From contig OZ260661.1 in the NCBI GenBank assembly GCA_965285935.1, forward strand, positions 63,612,001-63,676,000: DNA of 64,000 nucleotides, in the 5' to 3' direction. Each line of letters opens with the position of its first letter. Within the stretch, counting starts at the first letter, position 1. Made by a program: the position numbers and the translations under genes. Positions 48,101 to 55,425 of the stretch are shown here, one piece after another. The notes under the pieces are model-generated. The model searched no databases, was not told where the DNA came from, and saw only the letters and a list, made by a program, of their open reading frames with translations. Source of the DNA: Ophelia neglecta. Taxonomy: Eukaryota.

Positions 48101-50751
48101 GTTCAATCATTGATTAATACATTTTTATCCCAAGGCATAATATGGGTGGGTGGTCTTGTAAACCAACTAATTACAACATATGGCCTTGGAAACACTTTCT
48201 TTGTATGCCTATGAACAAATAAACAAGAGTAGGGAAAACTCAAAAATACAAGGCAGAACAAACCTACCAATTTCAGTTTAGAACTTTCCTCCTTTGAATC
48301 TAAACTTGATTCCAAATTTCATTTGTAATCTGTTGTGTCATGTGAAGTTTCCCTGTTAACACACTGTAGTTTAGTGAGATGCACATTACAGTAAGATCAC
48401 TGTGAGACTGGAGCAGACGCACCTTGGTGAAAAAAGGGTGTCCCACAGGTAACATGTATGAGGTCAATGACAGAGAAAAATGGCCACCTTCTAATCATTG
48501 ATCACTTTGATTGTTTCTAGCTTGTTGCCATGGCACCTACCAGCACTTTGTTGGGACCAGATCAAGATCTAGACAAGTATATATACTGCTTTTTTCTCTA
48601 ATAGTCCTTTTTTTTTTAATTTTGTAACAAGATTTATGTTAACCGAATATAATTTTATTGGTGTTGGTTGGAATGTTAGGTCATTTACCAGTTGCATGAA
48701 TGCCAGATACATTTTAAGTTCAGCACTAACTACATATAAGACGAGGAACTTAGTTTTAGTGGACATCAGGTAGGGATCAGTTTAGAAGCATGAGAATGGT
48801 ATGGTATTTACATGTACATGTTTCCCAAGACAGTTAGCATAGGGCTTGGTAATACCTTAAATCATACATGTATGTGAGCTATGCGGCTCAATGTTACTGT
48901 GTCGCTGGCCAGCTTCTAGAAATACTAATACAACTGTCTCTGCTTACATTATAAATAACAACTGTCTTTACTTTAATACTAACACATCTTAACTTCCTTT
49001 CTAGCATCCAGCTATGCAGCATTCAGCTTCCATTTATACATTTGTCGCTTTTTTTTATGTTTATTTGATTTTTTTCACATTTAGGCGCCTGCATGTATGC
49101 CAACATCATTTGTGATTTCTGAGGCTCCTAGGTATTATATATTAACAAGTCATTTGGTATTTTCTCTCTCTGCCACATTATCTTATTCCTAACACACTGT
49201 AGTATATACTTTTTTGCAGCTTGTATTTTGTTCCTTAATATGCATGTGACATTTATCCACTCATTCTTTTTTTTCAGTTTCATTTTATATTTATTTTATA
49301 CTGAAGTTCGTAGAGATACCCGGTGGCATCGCATGACACGCTTCTTAATGTAAATGAGCTATATAACTGTTAATATACAAAATGCATTGAGTTAGGCAGT
49401 AGCTACCTGAGTAGATTGCTACCAACCCAGCCCACAATTAGTAAACCAATGTCTAAACTTTCACAATTTAATTTACATGTAGGTTTTAATGAATGGCATG
49501 CACATAAGACTAGGAATTGCACTTTGAAATTTCTTGAAAGTTATGCACCTGAAAGACACATATCCATGTTCTATTTGTCACTGTTGCTTTCTATGTTATA
49601 TTCATGTTGTCAGATATAGATTGATACAAAATCAATATTATTATTAAAAGTTAGCGGTAAAGAAACTAAAACAATGATAGTAATTTTAAAAATATTTATG
49701 TCACTTGGCTTTTAATACAGCTCATATTTTTTGTCACAAGTAGTAAGGCCATTTTTGTAAGAACTGTGGATTCCATCAGCCAGAATGGAAAGAAGCTATA
49801 AGTAAATGCAAAAAATTAACAAACATGCACACATGAAAGTACCTTAATAATTACAAATAACTACCAGAGGTTGGAAAACGATTAAAGCCATGTCAGACTA
49901 TATACACATGCTTGATGAGATCGTGCAAACATGCAAAACATCATCAAACAGCAAAATTTATCTGTATAAACAAGTAAAGCAACAAGTAAAAGTTTGTTTA
50001 TGGCTGATTTAAGAAGTTGTGCAAAAAGGTATGTGTAGGTGCTCACTGAAGAAAACCACAGTTTTAACAAATTGTGGCCTAAACTGCATTTTAGCACTGC
50101 ATGAAAAGCCAAACTCAGTCTGTTGTATGCTACCAATGTCCTTAAGTGAAAAATACATTACACCAATAACAATATGTAATATGGATGTACATGCATGTCA
50201 CAGAACCTTGATATGTCCTAGATATGAAACCTCTCTGGTTTTAAGTCAATTAAAATCAGAAAATGTTAGTTAAACATAATATATGTGAGTGTAAAATGGG
50301 TATCAAATTGTTCTGTTGTCATTTTCATTTTGCATTTTCGAGATTTTGTGTGCAACTTGTTCTCCTCCTCCTCCAAATTACCCTATCTATCACTTTTAGT
50401 AGTTTTGATGCTTTAACAGTCAACATATTTATGTAGTCTCAGACTTTCACTGAAAGCAAGCCATTATTTAAACATGCTCGTGTGAATGAATTGAACATGA
50501 ATTCTTCTTTTTCTTGCAGTATTGAACGGGGCATAGGCTCCTCAGCATTAGCTCGGCGAAGACGTAGATATGGATTTATCGCTAGAGTGTGTAGAGCTGC
50601 TCTGCCGATACAGATGCTAATGTTACTACTACTGGGAGTGGCATGCCTTGTTCCCATGACGGAAGAGGATTTTAGTTGTTTCATTGCAAACAACTTCCGA
50701 AGTTCATTTGATCCGATGTTAAACTATCCGGATGGACCCCCACCATTTTAA
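1..50751 (+). CDS. SYNE1: Giant nesprin-1 (SYNE1/MSP300-like) spectrin-repeat KASH protein, 3' portion; 5' end lies outside the window; 43 exons traced
   Basis: Exons with GT(GC)-AG boundaries join in frame into tandem spectrin repeats. Segments closely match vertebrate nesprin-1 as I recall it (QFQAEIFSRQQILHSII; IEKHSTGVASVSNLCEVLLRDADAC...LDKRWRNICALSTERRMKIEETWRLWQ; LEELNKQYRHLAREGRTD). The protein ends in a KASH domain with PPPF*. Confidence 0.95.
934..1086 (+). CDS. SYNE1: nesprin exon w2
   Basis: ctgcag|SLLANL...QEQVQ|gtaaga. Confidence 0.9.
1392..1559 (+). CDS. SYNE1: nesprin exon w3
   Basis: gtcag|ENIASL...EKWI...IEKHQ|gttagt. Confidence 0.9.
1781..1957 (+). CDS. SYNE1: nesprin exon w4
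   Basis: ctcag|ELLAEID...TQIK|gtgagt. Confidence 0.9.
3040..3212 (+). mobile_element. Probable 3' end of a LINE/SINE (CR1/L2-like tail)
   Basis: Stem-loop ccctcacgctagcgactt-ttac-aagtcttagtgaggg (3079-3115), then AATAAA (3183) and a short tandem tail (ttatatctgaa)x2; this arrangement is typical of non-LTR element 3' ends. Left boundary approximate. Confidence 0.45.
5764..5922. mobile_element. MITE, Tc1/mariner (pogo/Tigger-like)
   Basis: 13-bp TIRs cagtgaaacctgt / acagctttcactg (1 mismatch), flanked by TA on both sides; internal repeated gaccacct motifs. Confidence 0.8.
6060..6221 (+). CDS. SYNE1: nesprin exon w5
   Basis: ttacag|ERLGEVLSKWQQY...NIAK|gtaaca. Confidence 0.9.
6416..6760 (+). 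CDS. SYNE1: nesprin exon w6
   Basis: ttcag|DMLDTL...THLE|gtatac. Confidence 0.9.
6878..7186 (+). CDS. SYNE1: nesprin exon w7
   Basis: cacag|ELQDEIK...VTYLQ|gtaaga, phase 0. Confidence 0.9.
12463..12477 (+). CDS. Candidate internal first coding exon (MYHHE)
   Basis: ATG TAC CAC CAC GAG|GTGAGT, a consensus phase-0 donor; in-frame TAA 6 nt upstream of the ATG; compatible with acceptors at 13233 and 20607. Confidence 0.4.
13233..17873 (+). CDS. Giant 4.64-kb terminal exon (about 1,546 aa, disordered; SxIP, TQT and RxLPxxP motifs): alternative KASH-less nesprin C-terminus or nested gene
   Basis: Uninterrupted ORF of 1,546 codons; pyrimidine tract plus AG at 13231-32 in phase 0; GC content rises abruptly at the acceptor and falls after the TGA at 17873. 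Confidence 0.85.
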   Translation, partial: GGGNSVSFQEPLGFSRDFSTQTPSSTHRRPESAPNPRKRNSSTGKSSPSRIPRPASSRSPSASPDRNKSNSPQRSKIPRRLSNTSAHSRSPSRSPVRPKSRSPRPSPRGVNRSPFRGQGDDKPQPPGAGGAIAKYPVKSDLTGTATAGNRRKLPDITRNGQGQTNRTVSTGPKFKSPSRTSDHSVSPGRSRSDSLIPRRTNSPASRRSVDSGRSSPRSVRSSRSATRHPRKLPRPGSSATCAAGDWETDDSESGYGDIIHAVGTDHQSEDDIALIPSLEQDPSNRSCTIVEVQPEHFFSAGAQGPYETRGVTFAEHENITIRPLAQVYITTDESSDELAVPILHASNSNSSLQTSQDDVLQAVLEADRAMQEMMASGAAASQFRIQASDTDSWYRNPTEGVTVENGEPVRVLLLDHEAQTSSLTDSAKQALKKPASGQQSSGTMNSGQQWNTPEPTLTRVNVIYDNNSNLRQEAPSHAESQSIRGRSWLDENQGNDNARRQLEVVEHEVNLSRHVLKPNTDLDSEDEGPPEENPHQDLDGTLDNEDVESWYSGITEPEPDTVSSTCDSGTQTMRHRKTQTQNLEDGATQTSAHPRRRKLPSVPGAGYDTDDGTASVLSLDSSTSERNAQRVPNSMTGLQDKERVSKLKRRLPCVNAHANDMMEPDSESEGIGTNSALMNTIQYAGINSLRNTSQSGQSSPRQPILGGSLPLQATRDRVQQPRYIKEYQKYIESFEGTASGPFTPGAYEEPLEDTLFRNGNSTAQSYHHDMQIPSHHQRQRNYESMPNTMPQDSAGEAGNSQNIMMPQTMDALYNRSTQTSPFQRPRNFSNASDGSSRRRPMSAGMVKSDSMSDKENRRPKTSTVRNSQTLDVPSSTFDRLFSGGPQSMAARSPQMQMSKERARSWDVIDTSDGPASAYSSMRDFGQQTPITHSTQTPLRIMLGSNGDGLPRGTISVGDTLVFDRDANAHTVIQPWNVISPLDLDITAARDFATQTFGQMHNMSHLHVQTQTQESGISRVNTNSGSNLTVNTDRGFTLEAADRHYSPMHAFNEFERQTTPRLLQQPPVTEYNIPHMQPEMSQRQQLDEMHRQPTPFQAYQAPTGQERPLQESHTSPKTGLPKQTITPSQQQSEHEEEESKDIFEEKAKKHHKRDKSKRSPERNYNDKQSETTAQSNMSRKDILKFMLSQVKELRRQIDHDPEESKHVPRKESKVKKPSKSKEKPLKRREQSEEREPLEDPDKLYTKRRIEQMYSHNPHRGTEPEPDRRHRRRHSIESYISEKDDVVEGRSANARDHYLKFIRDRYIPRRKWSQSREEPYFSRPREKAPPRRALTPPPRRTPPPFSRYIPNYPGMGIPMGREVPPHRRQLPQVPVRERSFPPPQAPPMRPPFFQSPYPHRMPITQQHFMPSRMAQPPPYMVSQQPMPFTQGMPPAVPVQLGQGAFRPISMQEAQRMGTPVQGTPVMLLPSSQVPASPHAPFIVIASPYRYESVSDSAPEGGEGMTRTRQSRPSSSKHRDGENSFSKASRAAKEMKNLTERLQRSTPRK
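18687..18771 (+). terminator. Polyadenylation signals for the 13233-17873 exon
   Basis: AATAAA at 18687 followed by a GT-rich run (tgtttgttgtttgttgtt), and AATAAA at 18766, after about 0.8 kb of T-rich UTR-like sequence. Confidence 0.5.
19402..19511. repeat. Degenerate tandem repeat, 3 x 35-40 bp
   Basis: aaacaagatcaaaga(t/c)gt core in units starting at about 19402, 19442 and 19477. Confidence 0.8.
20607..20725 (+). CDS. SYNE1: nesprin exon w8
   Basis: ttacag|KLSSKLEESRASVDEMV...DNI-ag|gtacaa, phase 0 to 2; not in the ORF track. Confidence 0.9.
21033..21240 (+). CDS. SYNE1: nesprin exon w9
   Basis: ttctag|c-TIQRKL...LHHHN|gtaagt. Confidence 0.9.
21350..21679 (+). CDS. SYNE1: nesprin exon w10
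   Basis: tttag|VLLQEIEAK...EGKK|gtcagc. Confidence 0.9.
21835..22304 (+). CDS. SYNE1: nesprin exon w11
   Basis: ttcag|TLLSEVK...EALN-ag|gtatgg. Confidence 0.9.
22327..22488. mobile_element. Degenerate TA-ended MITE (mariner-like)
   Basis: Left end tatcgtattctttataataagcgccca versus reverse complement of right end taccatcttctatgtgttaagtgcaca: 18/27 identical. Confidence 0.4.
22594..24394 (+). CDS. SYNE1: nesprin exon w12 (1.8 kb)
   Basis: tacag|g-VADTIQKE...LKKTK|gtatgt; several spectrin repeats. Confidence 0.92.
24674..24819 (+). CDS. SYNE1: nesprin exon w13
   Basis: ttccag|DATEAVAQSQPDL...DKFE-ca|gtgagt; not in the ORF track. Confidence 0.9.
25022..25205 (+). CDS. SYNE1: nesprin exon w14
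   Basis: ttcag|g-LQWKSK...MDKQQ|gtacag. Confidence 0.9.
25509..25817 (+). CDS. SYNE1: nesprin exon w15
   Basis: ttcag|ALKQEIK...KEKHQ|gtgtgt. Confidence 0.9.
26030..26353 (+). CDS. SYNE1: nesprin exon w16
   Basis: tgtag|ELLGDVSLFKPKLE...LEEQR|gtaaat. Confidence 0.9.
26730..27035 (+). CDS. SYNE1: nesprin exon w17
   Basis: ctttag|TLVAESNVH...LNAQE|gtattg. Confidence 0.88.
27594..27899 (+). CDS. SYNE1: nesprin exon w18
   Basis: tacag|KVVDEIE...IAEHN|gtacgt. Confidence 0.9.
29027..30289 (+). CDS. SYNE1: nesprin exon w19 (spectrin helix plus about 390-aa Ser/Thr-rich insert)
   Basis: ctttag|ALASQIRSWQSRVDEIN...GRSYQ|gtaatt, phase 0-0. Confidence 0.85.
30600..30683 (+). CDS. SYNE1: nesprin exon w20 (84 nt)
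   Basis: tttccag|WLSSSFRARPSTPLLDELNTSWHYLQQQ|gtattg; supplies the missing spectrin helix C; not in the ORF track. Confidence 0.8.
31666..31836 (+). CDS. SYNE1: nesprin exon w21
   Basis: tatag|VEEKDRQLNEAL...THME|gtaaga; not in the ORF track. Confidence 0.9.
32066..32248 (+). CDS. SYNE1: nesprin exon w22
   Basis: aacag|MLSVEL...QNQLG|gtaagc. Confidence 0.9.
32650..32814 (+). CDS. SYNE1: nesprin exon w23
   Basis: aatag|KAGEDRQK...IKENQ|gtcagc. Confidence 0.88.
33072..33203 (+). CDS. SYNE1: nesprin exon w24
   Basis: ttgaag|LLQGEVSEH...HNLQE|gtgacc (AAG acceptor). Confidence 0.82.
33333..33551 (+). CDS. SYNE1: nesprin exon w25
   Basis: tgcag|DTSQLK...EQLQK|gttagt. Confidence 0.9.
33665..33889 (+). 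CDS. SYNE1: nesprin exon w26
   Basis: NAGNAG acceptor tgcag|cag; QLGNDLTEH...NMPQ|gtttat. Confidence 0.85.
34062..35960 (+). CDS. SYNE1: nesprin exon w27 (1.9 kb)
   Basis: aacag|DFVGRD...LQKYR|gtaaga; spectrin repeats. Confidence 0.92.
36148..36501 (+). CDS. SYNE1: nesprin exon w28
   Basis: ttcag|GLKIDISNRELTVDFVNQS...LKECK|gtaagc. Confidence 0.92.
36611..37077 (+). CDS. SYNE1: nesprin exon w29
   Basis: ttccag|AIQDQM...AKE-ag|gtaagt. Confidence 0.92.
37285..37477 (+). CDS. SYNE1: nesprin exon w30
   Basis: tacag|a-WHRL...NNAR|gtaggc. Confidence 0.9.
37652..38284 (+). CDS. SYNE1: nesprin exon w31
   Basis: ccctag|SLQAAV... (alternative in-frame acceptor at 37661) ...HIYN|gtaagt. Confidence 0.88.
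38440..38766 (+). CDS. SYNE1: nesprin exon w32
   Basis: cacag|QFQAEIFSRQQILHSII...NNCK|gtaagt. Confidence 0.93.
40200..40520 (+). CDS. SYNE1: nesprin exon w33
   Basis: ttttag|ASQKDF...LQLCT|gtaagt. Confidence 0.92.
40673..40987 (+). CDS. SYNE1: nesprin exon w34
   Basis: catag|EYESAF...KIQH|gtaagt. Confidence 0.92.
41098..41766 (+). CDS. SYNE1: nesprin exon w35 (conserved 'star' region; GC donor)
   Basis: ttcag|EYKDEL...LRKYE|gcaagg. Confidence 0.88.
41991..42509 (+). CDS. SYNE1: nesprin exon w36
   Basis: ttaaag|NYQKKLHESL...RAERQ|gtaaac. Confidence 0.9.
42730..42948. repeat. Diverged tandem duplication, 2 x about 111 bp
   Basis: gattaa(a/g)ctgaa...tgtagtga(c/t)tttccaat...aaactatcaatagagt...agggtatgtg...gtagttttatt occurs at 42730 and 42841. 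Confidence 0.8.
43013..43141 (+). CDS. SYNE1: nesprin exon w37 (acidic linker)
   Basis: tttcag|TSDLDSPDSE...PLVLP|gtaagt, phase 0-0. Confidence 0.8.
44135..44375 (+). CDS. SYNE1: nesprin exon w38 (adaptive domain; LNWED)
   Basis: ctatag|VADDEEE...SLASLNWED...DEP-g|gtaagg. Confidence 0.88.
44634..45151 (+). CDS. SYNE1: nesprin exon w39
   Basis: ttcag|at-GKERW...VRRHR|gtaagt. Confidence 0.9.
45326..45655 (+). CDS. SYNE1: nesprin exon w40 (GC donor)
   Basis: cccag|EFLLQIENRKPVVLSINL...CIKFK|gcaagc. Confidence 0.88.
45795..46022 (+). CDS. SYNE1: nesprin exon w41
   Basis: tcaaag|DLKYDLETAQPRV...GAAS|gtaagt. Confidence 0.88.
46745..46849 (+). CDS. SYNE1: nesprin exon w42 (Ser/Arg linker)
   Basis: ttgcag|VSRVSLDGSEGYQSLRS...KSRP|gtaagt, phase 0-0. 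Confidence 0.78.
50520..50751 (+). CDS. SYNE1: nesprin terminal exon: transmembrane segment plus KASH domain
   Basis: ttgcag|t-IERG...FIARVCRAALPIQMLMLLLLGVACLVPMTEEDFSCFIANNFRSSFDPMLNYPDGPPPF*; Cys at -23 and PPPX terminus are present. Confidence 0.97.
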
Positions 50752-52834
50752 AATGGTGCAAGAAAAACAGGATACTTTTTATGCCAACCTCATGAAATAT
50801 TTTATCACACAAAGAATGAATGATTGCTTTGCTTACATGTTAATTGTAAGTGCAGTCATAGAAAAAATGTTAAGATTTGTATGTTGACAAATAAGACCCA
50901 TCTGCAGATAAGGAGATGTTCTCTGGTGTACACAGCTGTAGAAAAGATTAAATGTACATGTATATAAGTAAAACCAACATCAGCCTGGATATTCTGAGTA
51001 GAATAATGCCATCCTCACATTTTGCCTGTGATATTTTGTTTGGTAGCTTGTGGAGTCTTAGTTATTAGCTATGTTGTATATTTTTGTATGCTTTCTGTAT
51101 TCTAAATCATCAATTAGTTTGGCAGTTTTCCATTTTATCTTTAACTGTAATCAGCATGGTTACTACAGACTAGCAAATCTCTCAAGGTCACACTGCACCA
51201 CAAGCATTGTCAAAGATCTAAACTATGATTGTTCAAGAAGGAATGCCAAAATGTCTAGCCACCACATTTAACATCACTTGAGTCAGTCATTAGTAAGTGG
51301 TCTTTTTAAATGGAAGTTTGTTATACTTAGCTGAGGGCCACCAGATAAGTAAAACAAATGAATGCCTATAATTTGTTTAATTTACATCATTTTTGGAAGA
51401 AAGCTGAATGAAATAAGTCTGTGATTAACAATGTTGCCATGATAATGTATATACTTTCAAGTGTATCAAAGAAGTACAATTTACAAGGACTATGGACTGG
51501 TTGACTTGCTACTCCCCACTGCACAACCTTGGAAACATGCTTCCAGTTCAGTTATATGTTTTGTATAAAGATTTAGATGTAAACCCTGTGCTCCACGCAG
51601 TAAGTGTATCAAATATGTTATATATTGCAAAGTTGATGGTGGTGCTACAAAACAAATAAATGTACGTATGTCTTGTCAAGGGGACGTTATCCTCTAGTAG
51701 CACGGCAACTTGCAGTCACATCTTGAGAAAGCATCTCGCTGTATATCTTGTGATTCCAGTCATGACATTTGTTGTTTTATCAGAGATTATGTTTATTTAT
51801 GTGTTGTATTTGATATTTTAAATTGCATGTTACTCATAAGAACTGTGGTTTACTTGATTATTTATAATGGCAAGTCTTCATTATAAGAGCATGCCATATA
51901 TATAAGAAGACACCACCAATGTCTGGGCTTCTTGTTCAGTGTACGATGTAGCAATCTGAGACCTTGAGCCTTGTATTGTAAGTGATGGTATAAACATATC
52001 ACATTAACTTACAGTGTCTGAATATACATGTACATGTAACTAACAAACATCTTGTAGTCTTTAAATTTCCTGCATGTTGATTTACTTGAACTGAAATCTC
52101 TGATGTACTAGTCAGACGTTATACATATCTCTTGTAATCAGACAAGATAGTTGACAATGAATGGCTTACTTTGTTAGCTTTAAATAAGTTATGCTTAAAT
52201 TTGGCAGATTTCTTTTAATTGTAATGTACTCTTTTCAAGCACATATATATATAATTCACTGTGTGCCATCTAGTGTATTTTATTACAGGTTGTTTATAGT
52301 TAAGTTCTTGTAATTACTTATGTTGGTATAATAAGTATTTAATATGTACATATATAATTATATGTATGCTAACAATTCCAAAGGTGCTGTGAAAGAACTT
52401 CCCAGTAACATTTAGTGTTTACATGTATATCCAAGCACTAGCTGTGTAGCGCATAATTGTACCTTTCAGTAATCAGCACAGTGAAATATTATAGTGGTGA
52501 TATCTAGACTAAGTCTATACTGAGTTTGTTTAAATCTATAGTCCCTTCTGTGGTAGCTGAGTATGTGGACTTATATGTTACTTTATAATATTCAAGTGAG
52601 GTACTTGGCCAATGTTCTTACAACTTACAAGATTGTTTCTGTTGACTTTAAAAACCAAATGTATATGGGACAAATCTGTGAAATAATGTGAGCAGTTTTT
52701 TATTTTGATTCAGTTTCATAGTAATATTATTCAATTTATTGTTTTATTCTTAATTGCCTCTTGCTGATTTCCTTTATTTTTAAATAATTGTGTGTAGCGC
52801 GGCTTTTTATTTTGTATTTATCGATTATTAAACA

Positions 52835-52840
52835 AATAAA
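52835..52840 (+). terminator. Candidate nesprin polyA signal (another at 51655)
   Basis: AATAAA after about 2.1 kb of T-rich 3'UTR-like sequence. Confidence 0.4.
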
Positions 52841-53450
52841 TTTATCATTTAAGCATAAAGATTTGTTTGTTATCCATATTCCAAATTCCCATTGTAGTGA
52901 AGTAAAGGCAGAGAGAAGTAATTATGTCAAAGATATGGGCACACTCAGATACACATTTCCATTTCTTTAACTGCTGAACTTCGCCTTTTATATTAAAGTA
53001 GGAATTTGCCCTTAAAGTGATTCCAAAATGTAGTTCAAGATTAAATTTGTAGCCAGCACCAAATATCACAGAACAACCAATATTTTATTTTCATGATATT
53101 ATTTTCATGGTTATACTGATTTGTGCATATTTTTAGTTAACCAATTGGTTGTCATGGAAACATTTTGATATAAATAACTTTCTCCCAGGCACAAACATTA
53201 CACAAAATTGAAAAACATACCAATAATGATAACTGCATGGATTGGGTTAAAATATGTGGTCAGAAAAAGCATTATTCTGTTAGCCTTCTGGCTTTCATTT
53301 TATAACCTAATTGTAATAATACCAGGCAAATTAACTTTTCTTCCACTCCAAAATGGGATGGCTAATAAAAAATGACAATAATGTTAGCTATAATAATCAT
53401 TTCAAATAGCCATAAGCCAAATACTATGGTTTTCCAGGTCTTTCCCAGAA

Positions 53451-53515
53451 AAGAAGTCCAAGTAGTACTTAAAAGGAGTTCAAGTAGTACTAAAAAGGAG
53501 TCCAAGTAGTACTAA
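53451..53515. repeat. Tandem repeat, 3 x about 22 bp
   Basis: aag(a/g)agt(c/t)caagtagtact(t/a)aa repeated three times. Confidence 0.85.
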
Positions 53516-54802
53516 TAACAGTGAGCTTATTTGTGTGTGCTTGGGGGTTTGTCACCACAGGGGTGTATATTAAAGGACCGGTCCCAGCAGATTTGGTGTT
53601 CCTCAGGCTAGATGAACTTGGGGTATATATCTGGAGCATTTCCGTCAATGAGAAATTAAATGGCACACTTTTTTTTTCAAAAAATAAACCTTGCCCCCCC
53701 CCCCCTTATATCAAATGGTCCATAATTTAATAGGCAGAATAATGTTACTTGAAAAATCCATAAATTCTTTTGCTGATATCTGAATGACATGAAACAAAAA
53801 TATGTCAAAATTAGTCATATCAATTTATCTAGTATTTTATCTAGTATAGGAAAACCAGATTGCCTTTATGAGTAATTTAAGGTTTTTAAAAGTTTCTTTG
53901 CATAACATTATTTCAGATTCCATAATCTAAGATGTCTTTTTACATTTCAGGCTATTTTTGTTTTCTTTGAATAGTATTTACTTATTTTATGTAAGCCTTG
54001 TTCTAATAGTTTCATAACAGTTATTTTGCTGTTGTGCATGTTTCTTCCATTTAACATAATTTATTCATTTTGATTTATTGGTAATACTACTTTATTCACA
54101 TTATCACCACAGATTATTTTGTAATAGTCTTACAATGTCATCTTGAATTTATAGGATCACAGTTTTGCGAGCTGTGCTGGTCTTGTTCTGATTCTTATTC
54201 AGTATTCATGTTAAAGAAGACTAGTACGAATTAATTAATTTGCCTAGTAAATATTTTTAAATAATTAATATTAGGTATTTGATTGCCCACCACTTGCTTA
54301 ATGGTTAAATTAATTTGTTATGTTTTACTTTCTTAAAAATAATTTATTCAGATTAATTAGTAATTTTATTCAAATAATTCAAATAATAATAAAAAAAAAA
54401 TTGGCTTTCTATAAAGGTTTATAATAATCATTTAGCTGAAGAAAGCTTTTCTTTAGTCCAGTATAATTTATTCATATAAATATCATCATAGTATTACTTT
54501 AGTCATAAAGTATTACTTTAGTCACATTTAAAAGAGTACAACAATGTTATTTTTATGCTGTTTTAGGGTCCGCCACCAGCGGCGGCAGTGCCACGGATTC
54601 CATAATATCCGCATTTCACGGATATAATTAAGCTACCGAACGGGCTCAATAAGAGCAGTTTGTTTTACAGTACCTCAAGTAACCTAATTAGTTTATTCTT
54701 CTCATACAGAATTTTGAATTTACTTGAAAAAAAACATATGTTTGAAATTGTAGTCATACAAACTAATCATTGATATTTCACAGTATGTTCGGGTTGTTAA
54801 AA

Positions 54803-55425
54803 TCAGTCTGCATTGGTTACAAAATTACACACACAATACGGTGGGTTACAACAAGGAAATAAACTTCGGTGACAGTTTGCTTTTGTAAATAATGGATCCC
54901 TTGCCTTAAAATTGTCCTTGTGTTTTTTTATTAGCACTGTGACCTCATCCATAATGTGAGGGGGAATATAAGATAATCTATGTTCTTCTCTGGTGTCTTT
55001 TTCAATGTTAAAAATCCAAGGGTCATCTAGTGGAATAATATGATCACAGTTTTCTGCCATTATGTTGTAGACTGGGAAACCACCTCCAATGCAACTGAAT
55101 GCCTTGATATCTTCCACATTGTTACGCAGGTAGTAAAAGTGAATTTTATACTCTTTATACCTCACTGCTGTGAGGGTAGTGTCGCAGTAGAACATCATTA
55201 TCTCGTGACTGGTTTTGGCCTGAGGGTCAGAGAACACATGTAGTAGATTCTTTCCATCTATGTCTCTATCTGATGGGATTTCTATCCCAGCCAGGGTAAG
55301 GAATGTACCATACAGGTCCATGAGATTAACCACAGTAGAAGAAACCATTCCAGGAGAGATTCTCCCTGGCCAGTGGGCTATTGCAGGAACCCGGAGTCCT
55401 CCCTCTAAAAAGTAGCCTTTACCAC
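54803..55425 (-). CDS. arylsulfatase coding exon 6 (terminal)
   Basis: ttctag|..[22 protein letters not shown]...[16 protein letters not shown]. Confidence 0.92.

Noticed and set aside
50752-54802. Possible overlapping 3'UTRs of the convergent nesprin and sulfatase genes
   Set aside because: The stops are 4 kb apart and candidate nesprin polyA signals (51655, 52835) lie well before the sulfatase 3' end; no sequence evidence of overlap.
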